Shown here: positions 1-14,700 of the stretch, in pieces
How positions within the stretch are numbered: the stretch's first letter is position 1
Layout of the letters: each line of letters starts with the position of its first letter
Assembly (NCBI GenBank): GCA_000165425.1
Contig: CT868207.1
Location: 124,001 to 188,000 of the forward strand
DNA length: 64,000 nucleotides
From: Paramecium tetraurelia
Lineage: Eukaryota
Direction: 5' to 3'
Program-made: the position numbers and the translations under genes
The notes under the pieces: generated by a model
What the model saw: only the letters and a program-made list of their open reading frames with translations
Database searches by the model: none
What the model was told of the DNA's origin: nothing

Positions 1-1129
1 AGTTATTGCAGCAGGAGCTCTCTATTTAGCATTGAGGATCTGTAATCATCCAATGCCTTCTTAACCATGGTGGATTCTATTAGAAGCTACTTTGGATTAA
101 ATTGAGTAAGTGGCTGCAACTATATATAATATATATGAATTCGAAAAGATTGATTTTCGATAGGCAAGAAGAATTCTAGCAAAAGCCAATAGAGTAGCTT
201 ATGTTATTTAACATAGCGAAATTTATGGTATTCCAGAGAAAATTGAAAAGCCATTAGAAGCTATTAAATCAACCTCCTAATTATAAGAATAACAATAAAT
301 TACTAAAGTAGAATAATAAAAATCACCAGTCGATAAGAAAAGCATGAAAAAAAGAAGTAGGTCTAATGAAAAAAAAAGTAAGGATAAAAAGAATAAATCT
401 GAGAAAAAGAAGAAGAAAGATAAGGATAAAAAGAAAGAAAAAAAAGACAAAAAAAAGAAGTAACTATATATTTACTATATTATTAGAAGTAGATCTAGAA
501 GCAAGTCAAATGAAAAAAAATAATCAAAGAAAGATAAGAAAAAGGATAAAAACAAAAAAGAATTAGAAGTCTAAGAAAAAACTAAAACTAAAGATCCAGA
601 ATAAGTGGTCTAATAGGATAGAACTCAAGTTGAATCCAAAATGGAAATTGAGACACCAAATGATTGCAATAACAATATAAAAAGCAACAATAATAATATC
701 TAGTAATCAAGCACAGGTAACGAATTAAAAAAGGATGACTAATTGTGCCAAAAACCTATTGCTGAATAGACAAATAAAGAACCAAATCCTTAAGCATAAC
801 ATGTTATTAATGACGTTTAGTAGCCACAATAATTGCATGATGAAAAAGAATAATTGAAAGTGTAATTGCCTTTATAGAGTAAATAGGATTTGATTGCTTA
901 AATAAAAGCAATTCTAAAAACTTAATAATTATAGAAGGATAAAGAAAAAGATTAAGATAAAGAAAAGGAAAAAGAGAAGGAAAAAGAAAAAGAAAAAGAA
1001 AAGGAAAAAGATGAAGAACAGTCTCCAGATGAATTAGATTCAGAAGAAGATGAACAATTAAAAGCACTTAAATTAAAAAGTAACTTTACATTAATTTTTC
1101 TAGTGTTAGCAAAAAAGCGAAACGAATGA
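1..1129 (+). CDS. Cyclin L-like protein, 3' part (second cyclin box plus K/RS/E-rich tail); 5' end lies outside the window
   Basis: Table 6, frame starting at nt 2: VIAAGALYLALRICNHPMPSQPWWILL... resembles the cyclin L/K C-terminal box, followed by KKRSRS/SRSRSKS and EKEKEK tracts. TGA at 1127-1129. Probable introns at 460-486 and 1080-1103. Confidence 0.7.
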
Positions 1130-2102
1130 TGAGCTCTGTAATATAAATTTAAAGAATATATATATATTTAATCTATCTTTATTTCAAATTAATTATATTG
1201 CATTGTAATTCTAATTATCATCAATATTCCTGATATGATGTAATTGTTAAAATTTTGTTATCAAAAAAACAGAAAAATCAATTAAATAAATACTTTCAAT
1301 TACTAATATCAACGAGGTGATATTAAAATAACTTAGAATTATGTTCCTAAAATTACGATTAATCGACTATTTTATATGTTTCAATTTATAAACAGAAGTA
1401 GGGTGTGATATAAATTTGTTATTTAGCCCTAACAGAAAGTGTTTTAGAATTATCAATTTACTAATTTTTCTCAAGCTCTTCTTATCATATTCTTATTTTT
1501 AGATATTCTGGAATTTGAAAGTATTTAGAAAATTGTTTTTTGTAATTAAAAAATAGAATTTGATATGAGCAGTTATAATTTTTAATTAAAATGAAACTGA
1601 TATTGAATATAATTACATAAACACTTTATGATTCTCTACACGATTGAATAAAATTTTAATATAAGCTTCTAATAAATCAATTTAAATGGAAATTCACCCT
1701 AGAAAATTTTTTATTATTTCATTAATACATAAAGATTTATTTTTCTTTTAATAAAAATCCTAAATAATCACTGATTTTGTTAAATCCCCATTACAAAGTA
1801 ATTTTAATATTATTAATCTTTAATTAAATTCAGTTTAAAGATTAATAATAATCATTATCATAATAATTGAAGATGAACTAAATATTAGTTTTTAATTTAA
1901 GCTTTGTATATTTTCTATATAAATATTGTAATCCAAATTCTAGAAATAAAGTGTTTCTACTTTAATGTTTTAATATCAAAAGTTCCTTCAAAAAGTTGCT
2001 AAAAATTAAATTTTCGTTATAATGTAATAAACTCATTAATAATAATATTATTATATTAATCAATAATGAAATAATTCTGCTATAAATCCTTTAAAAAGGA
2101 TA

Positions 2103-2912
2103 TCAAAAATAAGATCGTCTGCTTGATTATTTAATTAAGTTGCTAAATCTAAGCAAAAAATCATTCTTTGGATTATATTTTAGTAAATTTCTTATTTGAG
2201 TTAGAAATCAGAATATTGTTTTTCAATTTGTTCAATCTCATTTTATAGATATGCTATTATTTGAATTTTATTTTATTAACTACTTTTACCTTAGAAGCAA
2301 TGAGCTTTAAGGATCTATTGAGTAGGTACTTTCCAGAGTTTATTAAAGATCTTTTACATAAAATGTGTTCGAATGGATTTTAGATGGACATCCCATGATT
2401 CTAATTTAGAGATCATAAATTTATGCGGTTTATTTCCTTTAATTCTTGTAGAGTGGTTGATTTTTTTTTAGTTTTTATCATTAATTTTAGGGACTTATAT
2501 AATTTATAGATATATACTTGACTTAAATTTGTTCAATTGCAATTTATTGGCATAATCCAATACTTTAGAAAACAAATCAGATCCTCCAATCACTTTAGTT
2601 TTGATTGAACTCTTAAATTCGAATAAAATGTCATATTATTACTACATTGATATTGGTTTGAATTGTAATGTTTATTGCTACCCTGTAGTAAATTAATCCT
2701 CGATGTCCATATTATCGATAAAGGGGAATTCTTATCTTAATAATGCAGTTATAAATACCAATAGGTATCAATTTGTTCATCTCAAAATCAATATCAGAAA
2801 ATGCGAAGTTATTAGTGTCTCCGAAATTAAAGTATTCATCTACAAACGAGTGTTCTTCAGGTATTCGAAACTAATCAGCCTAAAATATGCTTGCTTCTGA
2901 ATATTGTGTCAT
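2103..2912 (-). CDS. Hypothetical protein
   Basis: Table 6 ORF MTQYSEASIFQADQFRIPEEHSFVDEYF...SSRRSYF* needs three small GT-AG introns. No recognisable domain. An in-frame upstream ATG near 3025 is possible. Confidence 0.45.
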
Positions 2913-3460
2913 TCCATTTAAATTATGATTCACCAATAACAAAAAAAAGCAAATCAATTGTATCAATGTTGCTGAATCAAGCTTTTTCCCTTTTTTCCAA
3001 TCTTGACTTTCTTTTAAATTTAGCATGTTATTAATTATAAAGTAAAAATAATTTCTAAAATCATTTTAAAACTTAATCAATAAATAATCTAATCATTTTA
3101 AAGGTTCTCCTCTCTTCATATTATATTTTCATATTAATATTAAATGAATTACAATTTACTAGATTCAAGCAAGAATTGTTTTACTACAAAGATGACTTAA
3201 TAGTTGATTTATTTTAATAATGATTTATTAACCAACTCTACAATATAAAATTTAAAAGGAAGATATAATTGGATGAATTATATGCTTTTTTGAATAAACA
3301 ATATTTATAATTCTCCTTCATTTGAAAAATATATACAATTATTAACATAATGATTTTCTAAATTAATATAGAATAAAATGGTGTATTAGAGCATTAAAAA
3401 AGAGAACAACAATTTATTTACAATGTTTGAATGATGAAATATTTAAACTAATTCTTAATT

Positions 3461-3995
3461 TCATTATTATTAACTTTTGAAGTGCTCTTTAACATCAAAT
3501 TTACAATTTGGACATTTGCTAGCCTTTTAAAACCAAGGAACTATACAGTCTTCATGAAATATATGATTGCATGGCAACTTCATTATGATTTCCCCTTTGG
3601 ACTTATGAGAAATTTATACCTTTGGCGAAGTCCTTAATGCAAATTGAACAATTCTTAGATGATTTACCCATTTTCATTTTTTTGATTTATCCTACAAATT
3701 GTTCTTCTAATTTATTTTCTTCATTTTTCAGATCCTCTTATTCAAACTCAAATCTCTCAAATTCCTCAGACTATATAAATTAAATGTCAAGCAATTACAA
3801 TTAATCTATTAAAGGTCTCAAGCGACATTCCCTAAATGGGGCATTCTTAATTAATGTATAACAGTTACAATCCATCTTTCCGTCATGTCGATATCCATTA
3901 GTGTATACGGCAGCCCATTCATTATTCCAATCTATAAAATCAAGATTATATTTCCCGGTAGGATTCATTTTAATTGGTCGATCATTACCTTTCAT
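3461..3995 (-). CDS. RING-H2 zinc finger protein (E3 ligase-like)
   Basis: After removing tiny introns the C-terminus reads CSICIKDFAKGEIIMKLPCNHIFHEDCIVPWFQKASKCPNCKFDV, a canonical C3H2C3 pattern. Confidence 0.9.
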
Positions 3996-4371
3996 TTTAT
4001 AAAATATCAATAATAATGAAATAAAATGATAAAATATGATTTATGAATTCATATATATTTTTAATCCAATCTTAAATTGATTCATTATTACAATTTATAA
4101 ATTAGGTAGAAATTGAATGATAGAATTTTTGGGATGTATTATCAGATGCTATAAATAAATAGAATTTAATGTGTTCATTCCTTTTAAAATTCATCGCATT
4201 TTTGATGCACATTTTTCAATAGAAAGATGCTTTTGATAGATGACTTTATTGATAATAGCTTATAATAAAACTACTGGATAGAATTAGAAATGATTTTCAA
4301 ATAAATTCTATATTTAATGAGAATTAAGAACCTACTATAGTTAATTTTATATATAATTATATAATTTCAAG

Positions 4372-4963
4372 ATGAGTGATGAGTTTCTAACTTGTGCTAA
4401 GATTATTGAGTTTTTCTGGCTACTCTTAGCATTCGTTTTCTTCTTTTTTGCTGCTTATGCAAAATTTAGATTGAAAAAGGATATTCATTTAGATATCGAG
4501 AATTTGAATTCGAATCACACAGCAGTTAAATATTAAGTTCCTTCCTAATAAGGAGAGGCACAAGAGATTCATATGGTAGATTAGAATGAGTAAAATTCTG
4601 GATAGTTATAATCAACAACTTAATAAAGCAGAGAACCACCTGTATGTTTTAAAATAAAAATTAGACAAAATTAGAGGAATTTTACAAGAAGTCACTAAGT
4701 GTCACAAGTAAGATATTTCCACAATTGGCAATTGCTATTATTTGCATATTAAATGGAGCTAGTCATGCTTTCGCAGTGGCTTGCGTTATATTATACTTTG
4801 TTTCTATCATTTTATTTAATATACTGCAAATTCAAGATTGTTTGGGGTCATAAGGAATGAAAAGTATTTTAAATTTATCATATTTTGAGATATGTTTAAG
4901 TTGTCAAATAACATTTGGTTAGTTTGTTTATTCATCAATTATTTAGCTAGTTCATTATTTTGA
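4372..4963 (+). CDS. Small multi-pass membrane protein, function unknown
   Basis: MSDEFLTCAKIIEFFWLLLAFVFFFFAAYAKF...IFPQLAIAIICILNGASHAFAVACVILYFVSIILF...NNIWLVCLFINYLASSLF*. Two introns, about 4 hydrophobic segments. Confidence 0.65.
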
Positions 4964-5032
4964 TTTTTATGATTTCTATATATATATTGGTTTTAGATAA
5001 AATAAATTAATAACAAAATTCTCAAAACGATG

Positions 5033-5566
5033 TCAATTTTTGTATTTTGTGTACCAAACCTATTACTTTTTATCGAAAGAAACCTTCTTAATGGACCTTT
5101 ATGAGCCAGCTGAAATTGAAAGATTAGAGAGATCTTGTCCATTCTTATTTTTAAGTATAGGTTTTTACTTGGAGGTTTCAATGAATGAGTTTTTTTGGTC
5201 AAAGGAGTTATTTAAGATTCCATTGTTCGAATTATTGACATCGCTATTTTTTATTTTGGTTAAATTCATGGCTTCAATAGCAAAGTTTTTTTTAATCCAC
5301 GGGTTTTATTGTTAACTATCCAGCTCTTCAGATTGTTGGGCCGTGTATTAGAATTATTGTTCTAACTACTTTTGACTTTATTGTTAGATCACTTCCTTTT
5401 TTGGAGATTCTTCCTTCTCTACTTGTTCATCAGTTATCAGAATACTGATGATGGGAGTTGGTTTGAACAAGTGAGGAGGTCCATTTAATTTATATGAACG
5501 TTATGACATTGTTTTTACTTCCACTTATGGTTACTATGATCCTTTTACACAAATTGATGTACCCAT
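5033..5566 (-). CDS. Hypothetical protein with N-terminal MG..C acylation-type start and C-terminal KKVSF motif
   Basis: Intronless table 6 ORF MGTSICVKGS...GSQRSIKKVSFDKKQQVWYTKYKN*. Confidence 0.7.
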
Positions 5567-6027
5567 TTGCAATTGTTATATTTAAATATTAAGAAATATT
5601 AAATTGAATATTATTTAAGATCACGCGTCTTATTTTATTTATACTAAATTCTAACGTTGATTTCATATATTAATTATTGATTCCTATATGATATTAAGTA
5701 ACCTCGTTTCTTAATGTATCAGACATTGAAATAACTAATGTCCTACTACTGGAATTCCTTTTAATAACATTTAATAATAATAGTTTTATAAAACATAACT
5801 TATGTAAAAATTGAGTAGTCTACTATTTAATGATTGCTTATCAAATATTATATATTACATTTTAATTAAAGATATTCGAACAGACTTCTAAATTTATTTT
5901 ATTGGAAAATGTAAATAACTATTATTTTAGTAAATTTATAAAGTAAATTTTATCAATGTTATTTAGATGAGTATATGTTAAGGAATAAATAAGGAATAAT
6001 GATATAATTAAATATTAATTAATAGAT

Positions 6028-7759
6028 TCAATGCTTCTATTCGTCATCAACCTCATATATGGCTTATTATCTTTATTAATTGAATTTCGAGTAAGTGAAT
6101 TTCCTTTTTATTACACTTTATTAAATAAGTCGAGGACTATTACTATAATTCAATCTTCCAGAATCTGGTGATTGAGTATCAGGTGTTAAGGGATCAAAAT
6201 CCTAAGTTGCAAATTTCTTAAATGCGCTTTTCTTAGGAAATTCAGTTGGTGAATTCTCATTTAGGGCCAAGTTTTTTTTTTTTGCATGTTATGCTAATCT
6301 GGGACTATTTAAGGTTGGAACTCTAACTCTCAAAGGATCATCTTCTGGATTTTCATCGTCTTTTTATTTAGATTTTTATTTGATTTCTGGTAATTAAAGT
6401 CTATCAGATTTTTCAGTTTTGAAGGTTGATGTTTACCAAGGTTTACTATTATTGTTGAGTTGCTTTTTCGATTATTGGAATTTCATTTTTCTATCGATGA
6501 ATGATCCTGTAAAAAATGGATGATTCAAAGCCTATTATGCTGAAATTCTTTATTGAGGCAAAGCCTAAAGCATTTAAGATATTAAATCCATGGCTGATTA
6601 AGGAGTTGAGTAGAGACTGAGAGTATCTAAGTTTATAATGCATTTCTTGTTCAACTTGAGAATTTCATGATAGTCATTCCCTGGAAACAAATCTTTGGAT
6701 GTAATTCTAAGGGTTAGAATAATAGTACAGTTTATAGAATATACAGCCAACACTGAACATATCACAAATCTTATCATATTTACATGTTAGATCTTTGAGA
6801 TTGGCTATTTCTGGTGCTACATATCCAGGAGTACCACATTTAGGGAAAGGGTATGTGGCGGCAGTTTGCCATGTAGCTAATCCAAAATCTACTATCCTCA
6901 ATCCATTTATGTCGTTTGGTTTCTTAAACATGATATTTTCTGGCTTTAAATCTCTATGCATTATATTCAGAGAGTGCATTTGAGCCACTGCAGTTAAGAT
7001 TGTCTAAGGATTTACTTGAATTGATTACAAACAAGATAGACTTAATTTCATCCCAACCCAATTATATGATTCCTTTGGAAATCAAATCATGAAGGGAACT
7101 ACCTTTTAAGTATTCTAAAATGATATAAAATGTAGTCTCTCCTTCATAAACCTCCTCCAATTTTACGATATATTCATGATTAAGTGCTGCCATCAAATTA
7201 ATTTCATTAAACAACGCTTCCTAATTTGACTATAAACACAATATTTTACAAAGCCTCCATCTTCTTTTAGATATTTCTTCTCTACATTTTTGGATGCAAA
7301 TTCTTGTTTGTCACATTTATCCATTACCAAGTAAACCTTTGAATTATAAATAATAGAGTACTCTTGAAGAGCCTCCTCTCCCTAATTATTTCATGGGCAG
7401 ATAGAAATCACTCACATCCTTATACATTACTTTATTTCTTAGTAATTTCTTTAGCTATTTAAATTCCTCACAGTTTCCTTCGAAATACTTGACCTCCTCT
7501 CTATATTCAAACCCCATTTGTGTTATTTTTTGCTTATCTTGGTTCCAGTAGATTTTTGACTAAAGATTGATTTGAAGAACATATTTCGGTTATTAGGAAT
7601 TAAGTTCCTTTACTAATATTATCCATGAAATACTTGACTCAAGATCAACTAATCATCGATAACATACAAGAAGTATGTAACATCTAAATGACTATGCTTA
7701 CTTTGACAAACCATCTAGAATGATGCGTTTTCATACACAATATCACTGATATTGTTCAT
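6028..7759 (-). CDS. Ser/Thr protein kinase, CAMK-like, with N-terminal extension
   Basis: Motifs [43 protein letters not shown]. Several tiny introns. Confidence 0.93.
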
Positions 7760-8177
7760 ATATTACGCTAAATTATATTAATTTAAACACAATTAATATG
7801 TTAAAACATATAAGAATTGCTTATTCCTTCCAACACAATAAATACTTTATCATTTTAGTAATCATTTTCAGATTGAAATATATATCCTTTAAATTAAAGT
7901 TATTTCATTTATTATTCATAAACAACTATGTACTCAATGTTCGAAGTGATATTTATAATCCCTCAAGTCTAAACGATTAGACTAAAAGACATCAATGTAG
8001 ATGTCCAAAAAAGATCTAAATTACTTTTTGATAGATAATTTGTTAATATAAAATTAAGAGAATTAAACTTGAAACTAATAACACTCAAAAAATAGAGGTT
8101 AATGACAAAGATTAGTTATCTATTTGATAATAATTATTTTATATAATAAATTGTGAAATTAAGAATGCCATTTTAAA

Positions 8178-8592
8178 TCATCTTTAGTTTTCTTTCTTTA
8201 AGCTCTCACGTAAACGAATTCTGAATATGAAATACATAGTTACCTTTCTTTGGCTGATCTTTCCATGTCTCCAATTTCATCACTTCCGAGTCTATACATC
8301 ACAAATAATATCACTCCTGCAAACCATCCCATGTAGATGCAAAAATAAAATGCATTTTTCATCCTTAATTCTCTTGATTGTGGTTTCAATTCCTCATCTA
8401 ACTTCTGACTATAAATTTAATTTGCTAATACTTTTAAGCTAGTTGTTCTCTTGTCAACTAGGGACCTCTTTGGAAATCCTTGAAATCTTGTTTCTATCCC
8501 TTAAAATTGTATTTGGGAGGAGCATCAATCTTCTAACCTCCTTTTACAACATTCTCGTAAAAATTCTTATAAATGTTCCTTAATTTTTACAT
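8178..8592 (-). CDS. Small single-pass membrane protein, possibly COA3/CCDC56-like
   Basis: Two 23-nt introns. ...ELRMKNAFYFCIYMGWFAGVILFVMYRLGSDEIGDMERSAKERIRLRESLKKENQR*. The gene is solid; the family call is by-eye resemblance only. Confidence 0.55.
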
Positions 8593-8637
8593 TAATTATA
8601 ATATATATATATCTATCATTTATTTTTATTATAACTA

Positions 8638-9688
8638 ATGGGGCAATAATGTTGTAATCCAAAAAATGGTTATATGCCTGATCAGATTCCAATAAACATC
8701 TACACACCAGAATCGATGGACAAAGGGCTTCAAAATTCGAAATACATATTGGAAGAAGTCTGTCAAGATCTTGACAACGATGAATACAACAATAATCAAG
8801 TTGAAGATGAACATTTACCGTCAGACGCTATGAAATTACAAGACATTCCCAAATTAGATAATCAAAGAGCAGAATCTATTAGACAATAACTTGGCCCTAT
8901 CAAACTTACTTTTGATCCCTAGTATCAGGTTTATCAACCTATATAAATTGTAAATTACAAACCGAATGGAGACATTCATTCTATTATCATCTTTGAAGGT
9001 CAATGGTATAAATAAAAACGAAACGGAGCAGGAACTCAATACTATCCCGATGGTTCTATTTATGAAGGCAATTGGTGTCATAATAAGCATGATGGATTCG
9101 GCAGAATTATCTACGCTGATGGAGAATACTATGTAGGAGAATGGCGATTGGGGTAAACTCACGGAGAAGGTACTTTAGTTACTAAAGAGTTAACTTATAC
9201 AGGAATATGGGAAGATGATTTATAAGTAAGTATGTCTTATATTCAGAATGGTCAAGGCTACGAAAAGAAATCTAATGGAACCACCTATGAAGGATCGTTT
9301 AAAAATGGACGCAAGCATGGGTCTGGCTTAGTAAAATATTCAGATAATTCTTAATATAAAGGAAACTTTGTTGAAGATCGCTATGAGGGTATTGGAGAAT
9401 ATAAATGGAGTGATGGTAGGACCTATGGAGGAGAATGGAAAAATAATCTAATGAACGGAAAAGGGGAAATGAGATACCCGAATGGAGATAAATACATAGG
9501 TATAGTATTGAATTAACCTAGGACATTTTAAGAATGATAAAAAACATGGATTAGGAAAATTTATTTAAGCAACAGGTAGATCCATTGAAGGAGAATGGTG
9601 GGAAGGTAAATTAAACGGAGAAGCAAAGATAACAGAGCCTACTGGAGAGTCCTTTTAGGCAAATTTCAAAGATGATCAAATAATTTGA
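8638..9688 (+). CDS. MORN repeat protein with MGxxCC N-terminus
   Basis: Repeated YxGxWxxxxxxGxG units (YEGNWCHNKHDGFG, YVGEWRLGQTHGEG, YEGSFKNGRKHGSG, YGGEWKNNLMNGKG). Starts MGQQCC. Two introns. Confidence 0.92.
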
Positions 9689-10106
9689 AGCACTTGATAA
9701 TTTATACTTTATGTTCTAACAGAAATACATACTTATTGTTTTCAATTACATTTCATAAATAAATTTTCATTGATTTTAAATTTTTAGATTTTATCATGAA
9801 AGTCTTAAATATTTTTCAAATTAGCTGATGAATTTATATTAAATAAAACTAGTTACATCATTATTGAATAATGTAGCTATGAGATTCAAGGTTATCCATT
9901 TTAAAAATTAATTTTAATTGATCACATTTGTTTCATGAAATTGAATGCTTAGGTATTGATTGAGTTCTGATGTTATTTTGAGATTGTCAATTATTGAAAT
10001 GGAAAATCATATTATATTTTTGGGTTAGTTAACTTTTTTAAGTATATTTTGTCAAATCTGTTTGGAGTATTAAAAATATCATTAAATTTTATTAATTCAA
10101 ATTTGG

Positions 10107-11538
10107 ATGAGCTCCCTCTTTGTTAAATGTTTATAATGTAATCAAAGACCAGCAACAATAAAATGTCAATAGTGTAAAATTGGCCAGGTTGTCAGATTAT
10201 GTTACAGTTGTGATTCACAAGTGCATAATAGATAAGGACCTATTAGTCAACTACATAAGACAGAAATCATTCCTTATTAAGGTAAAAGTGCAAATTTGAA
10301 ATATTGTAGAAATGTATTAAAAAGCTCCACAATCAGCTGGCTAAACAAACTTGGGAAATAAATTTGAAAATACTCAAAATGCTCAAAAAAAATAATAACC
10401 TTAACAGTCATAATAACCTTAGGGGCAATTTAAATTTACAGCAACAACCAAATAAGAACCACCCTAATTTACTTAGAAGCCAGTTACCAATGTGGCAAAA
10501 CCACTACAATAACCTGCTGCCAAGGAGATTAATTTCTCTGGCACAAGATCAAACAACAAGCCAAGATATGATTAAAAGGAAGAGGAACAATACAATAGTT
10601 CATAAAAAAACTCTGTAATCAATTCCAATAATATGTTATTAGGATTAAAAAGGTTCCTTAAACAATCAATTAAAAGAAGAGCAAGATACAAGTTAACAGC
10701 TTAAAAAAGAACTTAAATAAGCTTAAGATTAATTAAATTCCCTTAATAGAGAGGTTGAGAAGAAGATGTAAATGTTATGTATCTATTTCTGTAGCAAGGC
10801 ATCTCAGTAGGACCTTGAGAAAAAACTGAATGATTTAAAGAAGGAAGGAGCTGAAGAAAAGAAGAAAACACAGTAGTTGACTGAGGATGTTAAAAAGTTG
10901 AAGGATCAATTGAAGAATGCTGAAACCTAAACTCAAAAGAAATTAGATTAACAAAAAAAATAATATGAAAAATAAATGTCAAGAAATGGAATAAACCATT
11001 AATGAGAAGCAATAATAAATTGATGAGATTGCTTAGGAATTCTAGAATTACAATCTAGAAGATATTTAGGCTAAAATGGAAGAAATGTCAAATGATATCA
11101 ATATGAAAGATTAGATTATTGAATAATTGCAAAAACAATTAGAAAAAGGTGAAGGCAACTAAAATGATGGAGAGGATGGAGACAAGGAGGAAATCATTCA
11201 ATAAATAGAGTAAAAGGATTTAGAAATCAAAAAACTTGAGGAATTGATAGACAATTTCAAATAATTGTACTAGCATATGTTAGATGAAAAATAAGTAATT
11301 ATGGAAGAGAATGAAAAATTGGCTAATGAGAATAACCAATTCAGAGAAATATTTAGTGTATCATTAATATTAAGTTATCTAGTAAAACTTGCACTTGTTT
11401 GGAATTGATCCTAATTAATTGGAAGAGGAAGGGGAAGGAGAAGGTGAAGATGGAGATGGGTATCAACAAGAGGAAGGTATATATTTAACTGTATTAGGTG
11501 AGATAATTGAAGAAGATGAGACCAATGATACATCTTGA
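10107..11538 (+). CDS. B-box zinc finger plus coiled-coil protein
   Basis: MSSLFVKCLQCNQRPATIKCQQCKIGQVVRLCYSCDSQVHNR...LHK is a B-box pattern. It is followed by a long E/K/Q heptad region and an acidic tail. Four small introns. Confidence 0.8.
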
Positions 11539-11736
11539 TATTAATAGTATCATTTTCCAAATATATAAATATAAATATCTAACAATGCTAGCACTTTTGT
11601 ATTATATCTCTCTTGTTAGATATAATTAACCAATTTATAATAAAATAAAAGATTTCTTATGTTTAATTATGCATAGTTAATTTATCTCATAATATATTTT
11701 TTTATTTAAAATAAAAAGCGAATAAAATAAATTACT

Positions 11737-14700
11737 TCAATAAAATATCACTGTGGCTCCTTGATTCTATACAGGTACTTTAATTGTTAGAAGAGCCACT
11801 ATTTTTTTATAGATCTGAGCAGCCTAATTTTTTAAGTCGCATAAAAGGGAAAACACAAGGATAAAACTAAAACTTGCAATATGAAACCAGCCTATTAATA
11901 AGTAGTCATCAATAGACAGATTAAGCTAAATTCTGTATGCATATGCTAAAAAGAGCAATGTGTTAAAGGCTAAGAAGGAATCAGCCACCAATATTTTATA
12001 ATACTCATATAAGTTACTCAAAGGTTTTAATTTGCATACATAAATTAAAAATATTGTTTAGCTAAATGCAATTATAATTGCTTATAAAGTTCCATTATAT
12101 TCCATGTAAACAATTAAAAAAATAAAAATTTATTTTTTTAGTAGTAGAATTGTGTTGTATTGTGTTACCCAAATATTCTATGATTCAGCAATTCCGTCGA
12201 AAAGTGCTGAATATTACTCCTTTTTTGATACTGTCATTTCTTTGGAAAAGGAGATTTGTTTAGTTAACATATAGGCGAAAAATGCCATCTAGAGACAAAA
12301 AACAATTAGAGCAGCATAGGAATTAATGCTTAATATTGCTGATGTTGTATTGAAGTTAACAAGTTGAATAAAAACAGAAAAGCTTATGTCGTAATAATTT
12401 GACATAACCATTCGAAGTATTCCATTATAATAAAACTCCTGTTTGCTTTATCTTAGTAGATTTCTCAAAACATAGATGACTTTTCCTACATAATAGCCTG
12501 TTAAGGATATATGATATGGACCAATTCTATATAATAATGATGTCATAAATTTTGCGATAAAGAAGCCAAGATAAAGGCCTATGAGACAGAAGATAGAACT
12601 TTAGAAATTTGTATAAAAATAGCCATTTATATCATCTGCAAGGAATTTTTCAGATGTTTGCACTACTTAATCTTCGTTTCCATCTAATAAACCAAAAATT
12701 GCACTGATTCCAGTGGCATCCATTATTGGCTATATAGATATCAATTTAAACACTTCAAAATAGATGTTTAAATTAGCAGGAAATTGAATGTTTACATATT
12801 TGATGTATGATAAATATTGTAGTAAATCCATCAGATTCCAAAACATTTCAAAAGAGCCTGTCAATATACACAGAGCTGACAAAGCAACCATAAAATATAT
12901 TATAGTATTTGTAAAGGATTTAGCGCTTTGTGATGATTCTAACAAACCCTAAGATATAACAATAGGAGTTTTTAACTTAAGTTCTTTTTCATTATCAACC
13001 ACAATAGTTTAGTATTCTGAAACGATGGCTGTCTAGTTGAGAATAACAATTAAAATAGGATCTTCAATGTTCTCATAAAATGTGATAGTAGCCTATACTG
13101 AAATAGCTTATGCAGTTTAATATTCTGGTTAAACTGTGAAATTAAATTCAATTAAGTATTATTCAAATACTAAATTTGAGACATTCCCCTAAAAATAATG
13201 ATTTGCGTCAAAACTCTCATTGTATTTAAGGACCATAGGCTAATTGAAAGTAATTAAGACTTTTTCAACATTCTCTGGATTTTGAGTTAATAATTCTAGT
13301 TTCATTTATGGAGAAACCGAATAAAAACAAGTACTAATCATAAATATTGTATTGATGCAAACCCAATCTTTTTCAACCATGCAAGTATCAGAACATCCAT
13401 CTCCATTTTCAAGGTTTCCATCATCACAACCTTCATGTACATACAAGCCATCTCCGCATAAAGGTAAACATAAATTATTATCAAGATATCTTCCAACATC
13501 ACACGAATTACATATGCCATTATTACAATCAATACAATATGAATCGCAATATAGTTTACAATTAATGCAAGAATTTGAAACCAATGCTCCATCGTCACAT
13601 TGTTCATTTCCAACTACCAATCCATCTCCACAATAAGGAACACAAATGAATTTCTCTACTAACCATCCTAATTCATTGCATTTATAACATTTTCCATCTA
13701 TACACTCACCACAAATTTCCTAACATTAATAATTGCAATCATAGCAACCATCGAATTATTACTAATTCCCATCATCACATTACTCAATAGGAGATATAAC
13801 TATTCCATCTCCACATAGTGGAAAGCACTAGTTATGAATCAAAGTCCATCCCAATGTATCGCAAGCTTAGCAAACTCCTTTGTTACACAATGTGCACTCA
13901 TCTTAACACTGATATTAACATTCATAACACCCATCATATTATATATCATTGCCATCTTCACATTACTCATTTCCAACAATCAGAAGATCTCCACATAATG
14001 GAGTACATAATTTGTTTATTAAATCCCATCCAACATCACATTCCTAACATTCCCCTTCAACACAACTAATACAAGAATCTTAACATTCAAAAAAACATTC
14101 ATAACACCCATCATATCTAACATCATTCCCATCATCACACTATTCTGAACCAACAACAAATGTATCTCCACAAAATGGTTGGCATGTAAAATCAATAGGA
14201 TTTATTTGCCATTGAACATTTTTACATTGGAGACAGTATCCTGATTAACAAACTTAACAATTTTAGTCACATGAAAATAAGCAATTATAGCATCCATCAT
14301 ATGGTTCTAAGTTTCCATCGTCACATTATTCATTCTTAGAAATTTCTTCATTGCCACACAAATCAACGCATTAATAATTATCAACTAAATATTCTACTTA
14401 GCAATCATAACATTTGCCAAATTAACAATCCAAACATTCTTATTGACATAACAATTAACATTAATCACAACCATCAAAAGGATCTGAATTGCCATCATCA
14501 CACTATTCAGATCCACTAATTATTCTGTCTCCACATATAGATTAGCATTAGAAGTCTTATAGTAAATATCCATCTTCACACAATTCACAACTACCCGACA
14601 CACATACTTTGCAACCAACATTACATGTATATTTGCATTGATTACATATTTAATCTAAATCATTAATTTGATCGTCACATTCCTCTTATTCTACTACAAT

